DNA of 64,000 nt from Promethearchaeota archaeon (lineage in GTDB: Archaea > Asgardarchaeota > Heimdallarchaeia > Hodarchaeales > Hodarchaeaceae): the NCBI GenBank assembly GCA_048938105.1, contig JBHLMN010000013.1, forward strand, positions 64,001 to 128,000, given 5' to 3'. Each line of letters opens with the position of its first letter. The first letter of the stretch is position 1. The notes beneath the pieces are model-generated. The model had not been told where the DNA came from, did no database searches, and worked only from the letters and a program-made list of their open reading frames with translations. This document shows, piece by piece, positions 50,478 through 60,892 of this stretch. A program made the translations under genes and the position numbers.

Positions 50478-50513
50478 TATAAAATACTCAAAGCTTTCTT
50501 AAAGTTTAAGGAA

Positions 50514-52322
50514 TTGGCTTTTTTCTACTTTTATCGTAGTTTAATTCTGGTGAAACAGATGACTGTAACAAAGCTCACTGGTGGAGAGGCAGTAGCTAAA
50601 TATATAAAAGCCCAAGAAGTATCTTATGCAGTTGGAATACCTGGTCATGGATGTTTAGGTCTTGTTGATGCCCTTTTAAAGAATGAAATTCCAATAGTCC
50701 AAGTGAGACATGAACAATCCGCGTGTCATTTGGCTGATGGTTATTTTCGTGCAACTGGAAAGCCTTTAGTAGTTTTTACAAGCATCAGTCCAGGGGGATG
50801 TAATACAGTTGTAGGTGTGGCAACAGCTTTTGTTGATTCCAGTGCAATGATTGTTATCACTGGAGGAGTTCATGTGCGTTGGCAAGGGGTCGGTGTTCTT
50901 CAGGAAATAGAACGAAAGCATTGGGCAGATTTCCCTTCAATAATGAAACCAATTGTCAAACGTAGTTACCAAGTAACGAGTCTTGATCAGTTACCTTGGG
51001 TATTACACAATGCGTTTAAAATAGCCGTATCAGGTCGTCCTGGTCCTGTACATATTGACCTCCCAATGGATATTCAATCAGAAGCAAAGGAAATCGAACT
51101 CATTAAAGACCCCCCCTTTATAATCAACCAACAACGAGCTTTTCCAGATCCAAAGGTAATTAAACAAGTCGTTGACCTCCTATTAGAATCAAAAAACCCT
51201 GTCATATTAGCTGGAGGAGGAGTACTATTATCAAATGCTTACTCTGAGTTAAAACAAGTTGCAGAACATTTGGGTATTCCTGTATGTACCACATTAGCTG
51301 GAAAAGGAGCATTTGTTGAGGATCATCCCTTGTTTGGGTTTTATCCTGGAACCAAAGGTTCACCCGTTGGAAATGAATTGACTCGTAAAGCTGATGTGCT
51401 TCTTGCCTTAGGATGTAGATTTGCAGATGAGACCACAAGTAGCTATGAAAAAGGGATTTCATTCTCAATTCCACCAACTAAGGTTATTCAAGTGGATATT
51501 GATCCTGGAGAACTTGGAAAAAATTATCCCGTTCATCTTCCTGTCCTTTCTGACATCAAATCAACATTAAATCAAATACTCTTGGAATTACAACACCGAA
51601 ATATAAAACCAATTGATTTAGCTAATCATCAGGTAATTAAATGGTTAGAAAAGGAACGTAAAGACTGGTTTGAACAACTTGAAGTCTTACGACAGCATAT
51701 CTCTCCTATGACAATCTCGAGACTATTGATGGAATTAAGAAAAGCTTTACCAAGAGATGTTTTTGTGGTGACAAGTGGTGGGCATACACAAGCAGCTCTA
51801 TTTCAGGAGTTTCAAATTTTCTCCGAAGGAACACATATATCATCGGGGGGTTTTAGTACTATGGGATTTGGTGTTCCTGCAGCAATAGGTGTAAAATTGG
51901 CTCATCCTAATCGAACTGTTGTTTCTGTGGAAGGAGATGGAAGTTTTTTAATGACCTGTCAAGAATTAGCTACAGCACAACAGTTGAAGGTTCCAATAAT
52001 AATAGTAGTTGCAGATAATTCAGGCTGGATATCAATTAGAGACTTGCAAATCAATGCTTATGGGCATAATCGCGTTTATGGAACCGAATTTCTAAGAGAT
52101 AACAAACCATACGGCCCAGATTTTGCTCAATTAGCTAAATCTTTCAGTTGTTGGGCAAAAAAAGTAAATAATCCTGAAGAGTTTCAAAAATATTTTAAAG
52201 AGGCCCTTAAATGGCACGAAGGGCCAGCTCTTCTTTGGGTTAACGTTGAAAGAAACCATCCTCTTAGTGAAAGCCCTGTATATGGAGCTTGGGATGTACC
52301 AAAACCCACATATCTTGAATAA
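50514..52322 (+). CDS. Thiamine-diphosphate enzyme (acetolactate synthase large subunit/IolD-like); likely start at MTVTK
   Basis: GIPGHG, RHEQ, GRPGPV, MGFGVPAAIG and GDGSF..N. Confidence 0.88.
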   Translation: MAFFYFYRSLILVKQMTVTKLTGGEAVAKYIKAQEVSYAVGIPGHGCLGLVDALLKNEIPIVQVRHEQSACHLADGYFRATGKPLVVFTSISPGGCNTVVGVATAFVDSSAMIVITGGVHVRWQGVGVLQEIERKHWADFPSIMKPIVKRSYQVTSLDQLPWVLHNAFKIAVSGRPGPVHIDLPMDIQSEAKEIELIKDPPFIINQQRAFPDPKVIKQVVDLLLESKNPVILAGGGVLLSNAYSELKQVAEHLGIPVCTTLAGKGAFVEDHPLFGFYPGTKGSPVGNELTRKADVLLALGCRFADETTSSYEKGISFSIPPTKVIQVDIDPGELGKNYPVHLPVLSDIKSTLNQILLELQHRNIKPIDLANHQVIKWLEKERKDWFEQLEVLRQHISPMTISRLLMELRKALPRDVFVVTSGGHTQAALFQEFQIFSEGTHISSGGFSTMGFGVPAAIGVKLAHPNRTVVSVEGDGSFLMTCQELATAQQLKVPIIIVVADNSGWISIRDLQINAYGHNRVYGTEFLRDNKPYGPDFAQLAKSFSCWAKKVNNPEEFQKYFKEALKWHEGPALLWVNVERNHPLSESPVYGAWDVPKPTYLE

Positions 52323-52326
52323 ATAG

Positions 52327-53757
52327 GTGAATTTCATGGAATTATGGAAAAAAGAAGAAACAGAATATATCCCTGGAAACCCTGTATTCTTCGCCCTTGC
52401 TACAATGGGTGATGCGATATCTTACCAAAATTTTACATTTCTGATATTTACATTCTATTACGCAGTCATTGGGCTTAATGTACTCTATATCGCATTAGGA
52501 TTTATAGCTTGGTCTTTATGGAATTCAATCAATGATCCTCTCATTGGATTGATTTCAGATAAAACAAAAACTCGTTGGGGTCGTCGAATACCATTCATTG
52601 TAGGATCATTCATTCCATTATCGGCAATTATGATTCTAATTTGGACACCACCATTTTGGAATGAATTTTGGAGTTACATTTACTTCCTAGGAATAATCGT
52701 GTTGTGGGATGCAATCTACACAACAAATTCACTAAATATGACAAGCCTTTTTCCTGAAATGTATCAAACTGAAGAGGAAAGAGCTAAAGCGAATAACTAT
52801 CGTCAAATTTTTCTGATTATAGGATTATTAATCTCATTTATTGTCCCCACATTAATAATCGCAGATTTAAAAGGAGAAACTGATCGAACAGCAACTATTG
52901 GCCAATATCAACTTGCTGGTGTTGTTATTGGGCTAATTGTCTTTCTGTGTTATTTTATCGGGATTCGTGGTGGTGCTTTTCGAGAACGGCCTGAATTTGA
53001 AGATGATGCGTTGAACGTCCCTGATTGGAAGAATGCTTTTCTCCATACCTTAAAGAATAGATATTTTCAAATTTTTGTGATTGCGAATACCTTTAACTGG
53101 TATATCTTTGGCATTTTAACAACCATTGCTCCATTGTATGCTACATCAGTATTACAGGACATTCCTACATTCCTAGTAGGAATCCTTTTGGGATTTACTT
53201 TTATTTCTGCTGCATTTTTCGTTAATTTATGGAAATATGTAGGAAATCGTTTAAGAGATTTAAGAAAAACATGGATGATTTCATTAGCTGTTTTGGTATT
53301 AGGATTACTACCCTTTTTTGTTATCGATGATTGGATTCTAGGAATTATATGTTTTTGCTTTCTTGGGATCGGTATAGCTGGCAGTCTGTATCTAAAAGAT
53401 CTTATAATGAGTGACATTATTGATGAAGATGAACTTCGAACTGGAGTCAGAAGGGAAGGCGCATATTATGGTGTAAATGCGTTTATAATGCGCTTGTCTA
53501 TCATTCTGGTATTTGTTTCTATTGCTTTAGTTTTCAGTGGGTTTGGATGGGAACAATATTTCGGGGCAAATGTCGATCCTCAAAAACTAGAAGACTTTCG
53601 GTTGGGGCTTCGTTTACTCTTTTCAATATTTCCAGTGGTTGCTTCGCTATTATCGATATTTATAATTAATTATTTTAGTCTTTATGGAGAAAAATTGCTA
53701 GATGTGAAGGATAAGCTCAAGGAAATCCATCAAGCGAAGATAGATAAAGCTGCATAA
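52327..53757 (+). CDS. MFS glycoside-pentoside-hexuronide (MelB/GPH) transporter
   Basis: NDPLIG..SDKTKTRWGRR and DIIDEDELRTGVRREG; about 12 TM segments. Confidence 0.9.
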   Translation: MNFMELWKKEETEYIPGNPVFFALATMGDAISYQNFTFLIFTFYYAVIGLNVLYIALGFIAWSLWNSINDPLIGLISDKTKTRWGRRIPFIVGSFIPLSAIMILIWTPPFWNEFWSYIYFLGIIVLWDAIYTTNSLNMTSLFPEMYQTEEERAKANNYRQIFLIIGLLISFIVPTLIIADLKGETDRTATIGQYQLAGVVIGLIVFLCYFIGIRGGAFRERPEFEDDALNVPDWKNAFLHTLKNRYFQIFVIANTFNWYIFGILTTIAPLYATSVLQDIPTFLVGILLGFTFISAAFFVNLWKYVGNRLRDLRKTWMISLAVLVLGLLPFFVIDDWILGIICFCFLGIGIAGSLYLKDLIMSDIIDEDELRTGVRREGAYYGVNAFIMRLSIILVFVSIALVFSGFGWEQYFGANVDPQKLEDFRLGLRLLFSIFPVVASLLSIFIINYFSLYGEKLLDVKDKLKEIHQAKIDKAA

Positions 53758-53792
53758 GTTTCATGTCTTAGATTCATCAAAGAAAGGAATAC

Positions 53793-54944
53793 ATGAAGAC
53801 AATGCATTTCAGAAAATTAGGAAAGACAGGAATCAAAGTCTCTGTTTTAGGATTTGGATGCATGAGGCTTCCAACACTTAAACCTGGAGAGCCTACGATT
53901 AATCGTGAGGAAGCAATTCGGTTAATCAGAAAGGGAATTGACTCTGGAATTACATATATTGACACTGCATATCCATATCACGGGAAAGAGAGTGAAATCG
54001 TTGTAGGACAGGCCCTAAAGGATGGATATCGCGAAAAAGTGACTCTCGTGACAAAATGTCCTGTAGGAATGCCTGATTTCACAGAATCAGCTCATTATGA
54101 CAAATATCTCAACGAGCAATTGACAAAACTCGATGTGGACTACTTAGATTTTTATCTTTTTCATGGCATCAATGGGAAAACACTTCACGAAAAAGTGTTA
54201 GAATTGAATCTTATCGAAAGGGCAAAAGCCGCAAAAGCAGCAGGAAAAATCAAACACATTGGCTTCTCATTCCATGATACACCAGAAGTTCTCAAGGAAA
54301 TCATTGATACAGGACACTTTGAATTGATGTTGGTTCAGTATAACATTATAGATCAAATCAACGAAGAAATGTTAGCATATGCAGCTGAAAAAGGATTAGG
54401 AATAGCAATTATGGGACCCGTGGGTGGTGGTAGATTAGCAGGTATTCCTCCAGAATCAATGCGACAATGGGTAACAGAGGATAGAAACAATTTCGTAGAT
54501 CTTGCTCTTAAATTTGTATTGAGTAATCCTAATGTCTCTGTTGCTCTTTCAGGGATGGGATCAGAAGAAATGCTAGACGATAATTTAAAGCTGGTTTCTA
54601 AAGAAAACTACAATTTGTTAACTAATGCTGAAAAAGAACGAATTCAAAACATTGCAAACAAATTCAAAGAACTCTCAGATGTTGTGTGCACAGGTTGTGG
54701 CTATTGTATGCCTTGTCCAAATGAAGTGAATATTAAAGAAATATTTAATTTCCTAATTCGATATCAAATATATGGGCAAAAAGAAGACACCAAAGTTATG
54801 TATGCTCAGATTGGGAAGGTTCGTTGGTTACCTGGGAAAGATGCAACAGCTTGTATTGAGTGTGAGGAATGTCTAGAAAAATGTCCTCAAAATATTCCCA
54901 TAATTGAACAGTTGAAGGAAGCTCATCGAATTCTGGGGGAATGA
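53793..54944 (+). CDS. Aldo/keto reductase with C-terminal 4Fe-4S dicluster
   Basis: LGFGCMRLP, IDTAYPY, IGFSFH, CTGCGYCMPCP and CIECEECLEKCP. Confidence 0.9.
   Translation: MKTMHFRKLGKTGIKVSVLGFGCMRLPTLKPGEPTINREEAIRLIRKGIDSGITYIDTAYPYHGKESEIVVGQALKDGYREKVTLVTKCPVGMPDFTESAHYDKYLNEQLTKLDVDYLDFYLFHGINGKTLHEKVLELNLIERAKAAKAAGKIKHIGFSFHDTPEVLKEIIDTGHFELMLVQYNIIDQINEEMLAYAAEKGLGIAIMGPVGGGRLAGIPPESMRQWVTEDRNNFVDLALKFVLSNPNVSVALSGMGSEEMLDDNLKLVSKENYNLLTNAEKERIQNIANKFKELSDVVCTGCGYCMPCPNEVNIKEIFNFLIRYQIYGQKEDTKVMYAQIGKVRWLPGKDATACIECEECLEKCPQNIPIIEQLKEAHRILGE
54706..54892 (+). repeat. 187-bp direct repeat, copy 1
   Basis: 186/187 identical to 56065-56251 (offset 1,359; mismatch at 54761 A vs 56120 G). 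Confidence 0.92.
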
Positions 54945-55172
54945 ATAGATATTAAAGAGTGTATTCTCTGAAGGGAAGGGTTTATCGGTTATTTGGCAGA
55001 ATGTGGAATTTTTCTAGATAGTTTAATACAGCCTATCATTGATGAAACGATTAAAATTGATGCTGAGTTAAATTATAACCTAAAAATCCCTACGGATTAT
55101 TCTACATGGGTCATTCTTTTGGTGAGGTTCAAAAACGAGAAAGAAAGAACAAAAAAATATCATGTAATAATA

Positions 55173-55898
55173 TTACTTCTTTTTCAGTCGAATATAAAGA
55201 GTAGTAAAAATTGCTAGGAAACCTATTGAGAAACTTTGTCCTGATATCAGTTCCTCAATCGTAGTTGTAGTGGAAGATTTTGTTGTACCATATTGCCATC
55301 CAATTCCAGGCATAATTACAAGTTGTAAACCTGAAGGAGATGTGGCGATCTTTCTTGCCAAAATTCCAGTGGTAGTATTCCACTCATATTTCACGTCAAG
55401 AATTTGATTGAATTTTAGGTTAGTCGTAGCTATTGTCTCAGTAATAGTCGAATTAATGTAGGTAGAGTGAGTCAAATTTTCCAAGAGGTTTTTTTCGTCA
55501 AATAATAATTGGAAGAAGTTTATACTATCAAATTTAATTGGTAGTATAAGTAAATGAAAATCAGAGCTATTTTTAGGGGGGGAAATCACCATATCACCCT
55601 CTATTACAACGAATATGTCAAGTCTACTACCATTTAAAAAATTGAAATCCAATGGTGGTTTAGAGCGAAGTGAAATCTTGTTATCCCCTCCTAGAGTGTT
55701 AATTCCTCCAATTAAAGTTGGTTCATTGTATTGTTCATTTGTTTTCAAATTATGCAATTCTGATTTTAATGCTTTCCAATGATAGCTCTTAACTTTTATA
55801 ACAGGAGACCATTCAGATTGTACACCCTCAACAAATACAATAGAAATAGATAGAAGAATGATGATGTTAGAACATAGAAAGATTTTTGCTAATTCCAT
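55173..55898 (-). CDS. Exported protein with signal peptide, Thr-rich linker and C-terminal anchor
   Basis: Hydrophobic N-terminus, TTKSSTTTT, and a C-terminal TM followed by KKK. Confidence 0.7.
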   Translation of the reverse strand: MELAKIFLCSNIIILLSISIVFVEGVQSEWSPVIKVKSYHWKALKSELHNLKTNEQYNEPTLIGGINTLGGDNKISLRSKPPLDFNFLNGSRLDIFVVIEGDMVISPPKNSSDFHLLILPIKFDSINFFQLLFDEKNLLENLTHSTYINSTITETIATTNLKFNQILDVKYEWNTTTGILARKIATSPSGLQLVIMPGIGWQYGTTKSSTTTTIEELISGQSFSIGFLAIFTTLYIRLKKK

Positions 55899-56064
55899 AT
55901 GTTTCTACTTCAATGAAGTGTCTCTTAATATTGTATATAATATGCATATAAATTTATTCGTTCACTTATACATTGATTGTTCTGTTTAATCTGGTTATAA
56001 ATAAACTTGGAGAGCTAGTTAGTTGATGTTGAGGTTTGATAATAACACCCTCTTTGTACAAAAA

Positions 56065-56306
56065 GTATGCCTTGTCCAAATGAAGTGAATATTAAAGAAA
56101 TATTTAATTTCCTAATTCGGTATCAAATATATGGGCAAAAAGAAGACACCAAAGTTATGTATGCTCAGATTGGGAAGGTTCGTTGGTTACCTGGGAAAGA
56201 TGCAACAGCTTGTATTGAGTGTGAGGAATGTCTAGAAAAATGTCCTCAAAAAATCCAAATAATAGAGCAATTGAAAGAAGCCCATCAAGTACTTGGAAGT
56301 GAATAA
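56065..56306 (+). pseudogene. Duplicated 3' end of the aldo/keto reductase gene (repeat copy 2 plus a diverged tail)
   Basis: Starts inside the Fe-S motif (MPCP); tail KIQIIEQLKEAHQVLGSE versus NIPIIEQLKEAHRILGE. Confidence 0.85.
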
Positions 56307-56382
56307 AACAAAAGTATCCGAATCTCATTTTTATGTGTGAAAAACCTTTATATGGAAAGAGACATTTATACTTTGAATTATT

Positions 56383-57036
56383 ATGACAAACTCTTTATCA
56401 TGTAAATATCATCCATCGAGAACAGCAATGGACAAATGTGAGCAATGTGGTGCTTTAATATGTTTAGAATGCAAAAAAATTCACAAAGTAACACACAGAA
56501 CTTCTTCTAGTTCATTTGATGATGATTTTCATCACTCTGATACATACACTACACGACATATCTTTTGTCCATTGTGTTACTACGATAATATCGAGAAAGC
56601 AGGGACTAAAGGTCGATTTTTTCTCATCTGTCCAGTTATATTTTTGATATTCTTTATTGGTTTTGCTTTATTTTTGTTGAGCTCTGTGCTCGATTTCATT
56701 GAATCCTGGAACCAGAGTGGTGGAGGAAATCTTCCTGGTCCTGGGCCAGAAATAATTCTATTTATTTTCCCTATATTTTTAATTGTTCCAATAGCAATGA
56801 TTATTTGCATGTTACGGAATTTCTTCATTACGGCTCCACGTGCAGCGCAACAAGCAAGAGCTGATCGTGAAGCGTTCTTACGAGAAATTGGCATGGAAAG
56901 AGAGTTTCCCCCAAGAGATGAATTTCGTACTGATTCTTTTAACCGTTCAAAGAAATCTCAATTTTGTAGAACCTGTGGGTCGAGAATATCAGCTGATGAA
57001 ATTTACTGTCCATTTTGTGGATCATCCGTAGAATGA
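56383..57036 (+). CDS. B-box-like Zn finger, two TM segments and a zinc ribbon
   Basis: CKYHP..CEQCG..CLEC, two TM segments, CRTCG..CPFCG. Confidence 0.75.
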   Translation: MTNSLSCKYHPSRTAMDKCEQCGALICLECKKIHKVTHRTSSSSFDDDFHHSDTYTTRHIFCPLCYYDNIEKAGTKGRFFLICPVIFLIFFIGFALFLLSSVLDFIESWNQSGGGNLPGPGPEIILFIFPIFLIVPIAMIICMLRNFFITAPRAAQQARADREAFLREIGMEREFPPRDEFRTDSFNRSKKSQFCRTCGSRISADEIYCPFCGSSVE

Positions 57037-57146
57037 TTCTCTCCCTGGAAAGGTAATTACTATAAGATTGTCAGCAACTCATTTCTCAAGCTATAGATTT
57101 GAAAAACCTTTCAATGGACTAGTGAACTAATCAGGGATCATGTAAG

Positions 57147-58313
57147 CTATTGTAATATGTCTATCAATACTTCTTTCTTTAATTCAATTGGATTATACCC
57201 CATACTCGATGATTTCTTTGCTTTTTCGACAATAATCTGCACAATAGAATCAGTTAAGGAAAACTCCGATAATGTTGGTACATTTAATTCTTTTGTTAAG
57301 CTTTTCAAATAGTCTACTAAAGCATCATGAGCATCAGTAATCGAGGGATATGTTTTTTCAGAGACGATTTCCCCTAGTTTTGCATATTTTACAAGGGTTT
57401 TATTCTTTGGATCCATCATCGTTAATTGCTTAATATTTGCTTCTATTGTAGGGGCAAGGAGAGCTGCACATATGACTCCATGAGGGATTTTTAATCCTCC
57501 CATTGGTGAAGCGAAACCATGTACAGCTCCTAAACCAGCGTTTGCTAAGCAGATTCCACTTAATAAAGATGCCAAGGCCATGTTCTCCCTTGCTTCTAGT
57601 GATTGACCATTTCTGTAACAGGTGAGAAGAAATTTTGAGGCCTTTTTAATTCCCAACAGAGCCCAACTATCAGTTAGGGGTTGGGATTTGTTTGATGTAT
57701 AAGCCTCAATCAATTGGGTTAAAGCATCCATTCCGCAAGTTGCAGTAACAGACTGGGGAACTGTCAACATTAACCTCGGATCAACAATTGCAATTTTAGG
57801 AATTAAAAATGGGCTACGAATGCTAGCTTTAAATTCCTCCTGTTCTGCTAGGATTACTGCGTTCTTTGTTACTTCACTTCCTGTTCCTGCAGTGGTTGGG
57901 ACTGCTATAATTGGTAATGGAGGTTTAATAATTGTTGCTCCTTTTCCAATTACTTCCATATAATCTCGTGCTGAACCCCCATTTGTGTATAATCCCGCTA
58001 TTGCTTTGCAAGCATCAATGGTACTACCTCCACCAATAGCTAAGAAGCAATCTGCCTTAAATTCTTTAGCTTTCTGTACACCTAAATCTATGGTTTCAAT
58101 AGTTGGTTCCCCTCTAATTAAATAGGTCTCAAAACGTATTTCTTGTTTTACTATTGAAACCGTGAAAGTTTCTCTTGTTTCAGGGGAGTTTAATGCACTT
58201 CCACTAGCAACCACAAATAATCGTGCTCCAAATTCTTTCACAAGAGTACCAATATTATGAAACTGCTTAGGACCAAAAAATATACGAGGAGTAGGAAGAA
58301 ACTCAAATTCCAT
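57147..58313 (-). CDS. Iron-containing alcohol dehydrogenase
   Basis: GGGSTID, PTTAGTGSE, DALTQ, GAVHG and PHG. Confidence 0.9.
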   Translation of the reverse strand: MEFEFLPTPRIFFGPKQFHNIGTLVKEFGARLFVVASGSALNSPETRETFTVSIVKQEIRFETYLIRGEPTIETIDLGVQKAKEFKADCFLAIGGGSTIDACKAIAGLYTNGGSARDYMEVIGKGATIIKPPLPIIAVPTTAGTGSEVTKNAVILAEQEEFKASIRSPFLIPKIAIVDPRLMLTVPQSVTATCGMDALTQLIEAYTSNKSQPLTDSWALLGIKKASKFLLTCYRNGQSLEARENMALASLLSGICLANAGLGAVHGFASPMGGLKIPHGVICAALLAPTIEANIKQLTMMDPKNKTLVKYAKLGEIVSEKTYPSITDAHDALVDYLKSLTKELNVPTLSEFSLTDSIVQIIVEKAKKSSSMGYNPIELKKEVLIDILQ

Positions 58314-58322
58314 GGTTTTCCC

Positions 58323-58640
58323 CTATTTTGAAAGAAAAGCTGCTTCGGTCTCTGGGAAGAGATTCTTATGTTTGATACCTTCACGAGGCTTGGCCATCAT
58401 TTCTTCAACAGTTTCTCGCCATTTTTGGTAATGAGTGGTGGTTTTATGATCATCCATACCACTTTCATCCCGATAGACCTCATACAAAAAGAAACGATCT
58501 GGATCATCTAAACCTTGTAAAACATCAAATCTTAAGTTCTTAGGTTCTTTCCTTGTATTTCTAGCATTCTCTAACGAAGCTTCTATGAACGCCTCTCGAT
58601 ATTCAGGCTTAACAAAGACACTAACACATGCAATAAACAC
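58323..58640 (-). CDS. ABM-domain (LsrG-like) protein
   Basis: EP.NLRFDVLQ..FFLYEVY..HK.T.HY..W. Confidence 0.8.
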   Translation of the reverse strand: MFIACVSVFVKPEYREAFIEASLENARNTRKEPKNLRFDVLQGLDDPDRFFLYEVYRDESGMDDHKTTTHYQKWRETVEEMMAKPREGIKHKNLFPETEAAFLSK

Positions 58641-58809
58641 ATTCTAAACCTCCTAGATGTATTAATGGAGAAAAGCTTAGGAGGTTTTTAAGAGGATTTC
58701 TGATCTTGAAGTTATTTTAAAATTATCCAAAATCTGAGTTTAGTGTGATCTCTCTCATCGCTATCTTTCTTATAGGAGTAGTAAAAAGGGAGAAAGCTTG
58801 TAAAAGCTG

Positions 58810-59946
58810 TTAATCTTTGATTAGGAATTCATCTAATCGGTTTCTTGCTTTTTCTCGTTTTTTCCTATGATTTTCAAGGAATACATTGATTTTATCTATT
58901 AAAATGGCTTTCAATTCACCAGTGAGTAAATCTCCATTTCGATAATCTTCTTCTAATGTCTTTAGCTTTTTATCGTCCTCTTCAAAGAGGATCTTTAACC
59001 ATTGAAAACTAACGTCAATGTCTGGATCGCCCCCTTTTTTCCGATGTTCCTCGATAGATACTTGACCCCCAGAAAACGCATATTTAACAATCTTCTTTTC
59101 AACTGTTTTAGGGTCATCCGTCACATACACAGTTTGAGTGGGGTCAGAAGCAGACATCTTACCTTCAGGCCCGCCAAGAGCAGGAAGGAACGAACATTGA
59201 ATACTGGCAGGTTTGTAAAATCCTAACCGTGGAAGAACATCTCGAGCCAATCTAAAATGTGGATCTTGGTCTATTGCGTGTGGGATGAGGCAGGGCACAT
59301 TTTTTCCCTGTCTGACGCTTTCCAAGACTGCAGGAACTGCTTGTATGCTTGTATAAAATACGCTTCCAATATTAATGGAGTTATCGAATCCGAACGAAGC
59401 TTTAACTGTTGAATAAGTAATTTTCTTGGCAATGGGAAGAGCGATGTTATAGAACGTTTGAGCATTGTCTGTATCAATAATGATTTCAGTATTTTTAGGA
59501 TCAAACCCTAAAGCAATCACATCACAAGCATTTTCGATTGCATAAGAGTAAGTATCTTCCTTACTCAATTTTTCTTCAAATAAAAACTTCTCATCATCAG
59601 TCAATTGGAAGATAAACTTAACATTGAATTTATCCTGTAACCATTTAGTAAAAATCCAAGGGACTAGATGCCCAATGTGAATACCTTCTGAGGGACCCCT
59701 ACCAGTGTAAAGATGGAATTTATTTCCCTTTTCCCATTCATCTAGGATGAAATTCATGTCTCGGTGGGTAAAAAAGGTTCCACGACGTAACATGTAGTGT
59801 AACTCTCCAGTATGCTTTTTAATTCTTTCAAGGAGAGATTCATCTATCGGTTCTGTTCCAAATCGTTCCATTAGTTTGGTGTAGTCTACTTTACCATGAA
59901 CTTCCCATGGTGTGACAACGAAATCATTTTCATTCTCTTTAGTCAT
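58810..59946 (-). CDS. trpS: Tryptophanyl-tRNA synthetase (archaeal/eukaryotic type)
   Basis: VTPWEV, YTGRGPS, HIGH, AIDQDPHFR and KMSAS. Confidence 0.96.
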   Translation of the reverse strand: MTKENENDFVVTPWEVHGKVDYTKLMERFGTEPIDESLLERIKKHTGELHYMLRRGTFFTHRDMNFILDEWEKGNKFHLYTGRGPSEGIHIGHLVPWIFTKWLQDKFNVKFIFQLTDDEKFLFEEKLSKEDTYSYAIENACDVIALGFDPKNTEIIIDTDNAQTFYNIALPIAKKITYSTVKASFGFDNSINIGSVFYTSIQAVPAVLESVRQGKNVPCLIPHAIDQDPHFRLARDVLPRLGFYKPASIQCSFLPALGGPEGKMSASDPTQTVYVTDDPKTVEKKIVKYAFSGGQVSIEEHRKKGGDPDIDVSFQWLKILFEEDDKKLKTLEEDYRNGDLLTGELKAILIDKINVFLENHRKKREKARNRLDEFLIKD

Positions 59947-60346
59947 CCTTTAGAAACTCCTGAGTTCTTGCATGGTTGATTTAGGGTAAAAAGGGCCCAT
60001 TTTTTTTAATTTAGTATTGCTCATAAACAATTTATGAATAAAGGGATCTACAATAAATGGTGTATTAATCTTCTTTGCACTTAAGCTGCAAAATCCTATC
60101 TTAGAAAAATGTCTTCGAAAGAAATAGTAAAACCTAAAGAGGATGCTCAACTTTATCCTTTTTGAATCAAGAAAAAGTGCTGGTGGTTGTCCACTAGCGA
60201 CAAATTCCATTGGTAGAGCATTCTCATCTCCAAGTGGTTGGTTTTATTTCGTATATTAAAATCTTGCCAATGGTGATAAATATGTTGATTGAAATGAAGG
60301 TGTGAGCTAGCAAATTGATGAGATTTGGGTATTTTGAGGGTATTTA

Positions 60347-60853
60347 ATGCCTCTAGGCCTTACTTTGTTACTGGATCCTGACGTTTCTCAATCAATGATC
60401 AAAGAACTTGACCAACATTTAATTGCTGTGTTTCCTATTAAAAACATTGAAGTTATTAAATCAGTTGAACTTCCTAGTTCGTGCTGGAATAGATCTCGAA
60501 AGCAGTTTGAAGCCAATTGCTTGTTAGCTTTTGCTAAATCTTTTAAAAGTATTGGAATTGTAGTACTAATAATATCTAAAGATGCTTATGTATCAGGCCT
60601 GAATTTTGTCTTTGGGGTTGCATCTAGAGGTATAGGAGCTGTTGTTTCAAGCTGTAGACTTGAGAATGATCCAGATTTTTTGAAAAAGGAAATAACTCAT
60701 GAATTAGGGCATGTATTTGGATTAAGTCATTGTACGCTTCCTTGTGTCATGACTTTTTCAAACAGTGTTTGGGAAGCTAGAATCAAGAGTAATACATTCT
60801 GTGAAAGATGTCAGAAACAGCTAAAACAAGAGGTTCAAGAAGGATTTAAATAG
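60347..60853 (+). CDS. amzA: Archaemetzincin (M54 zinc peptidase)
   Basis: LNFVFG, HELGHVFGLSHC..CVM..S and FCERC. Confidence 0.88.
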   Translation: MPLGLTLLLDPDVSQSMIKELDQHLIAVFPIKNIEVIKSVELPSSCWNRSRKQFEANCLLAFAKSFKSIGIVVLIISKDAYVSGLNFVFGVASRGIGAVVSSCRLENDPDFLKKEITHELGHVFGLSHCTLPCVMTFSNSVWEARIKSNTFCERCQKQLKQEVQEGFK

Positions 60854-60892
60854 ATACTATTTCTACAAGGAGAAAAAGAAAAGGGATATCCA

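Noticed and set aside
54706-56306. Diversity-generating retroelement TR/VR pair
   Set aside because: No reverse transcriptase nearby, the 187-bp cores are nearly identical, and several tail mismatches are at non-adenine positions
59950-60346. Gene or leader RNA upstream of trpS
   Set aside because: Only short interrupted frames and no recognisable structure or motif
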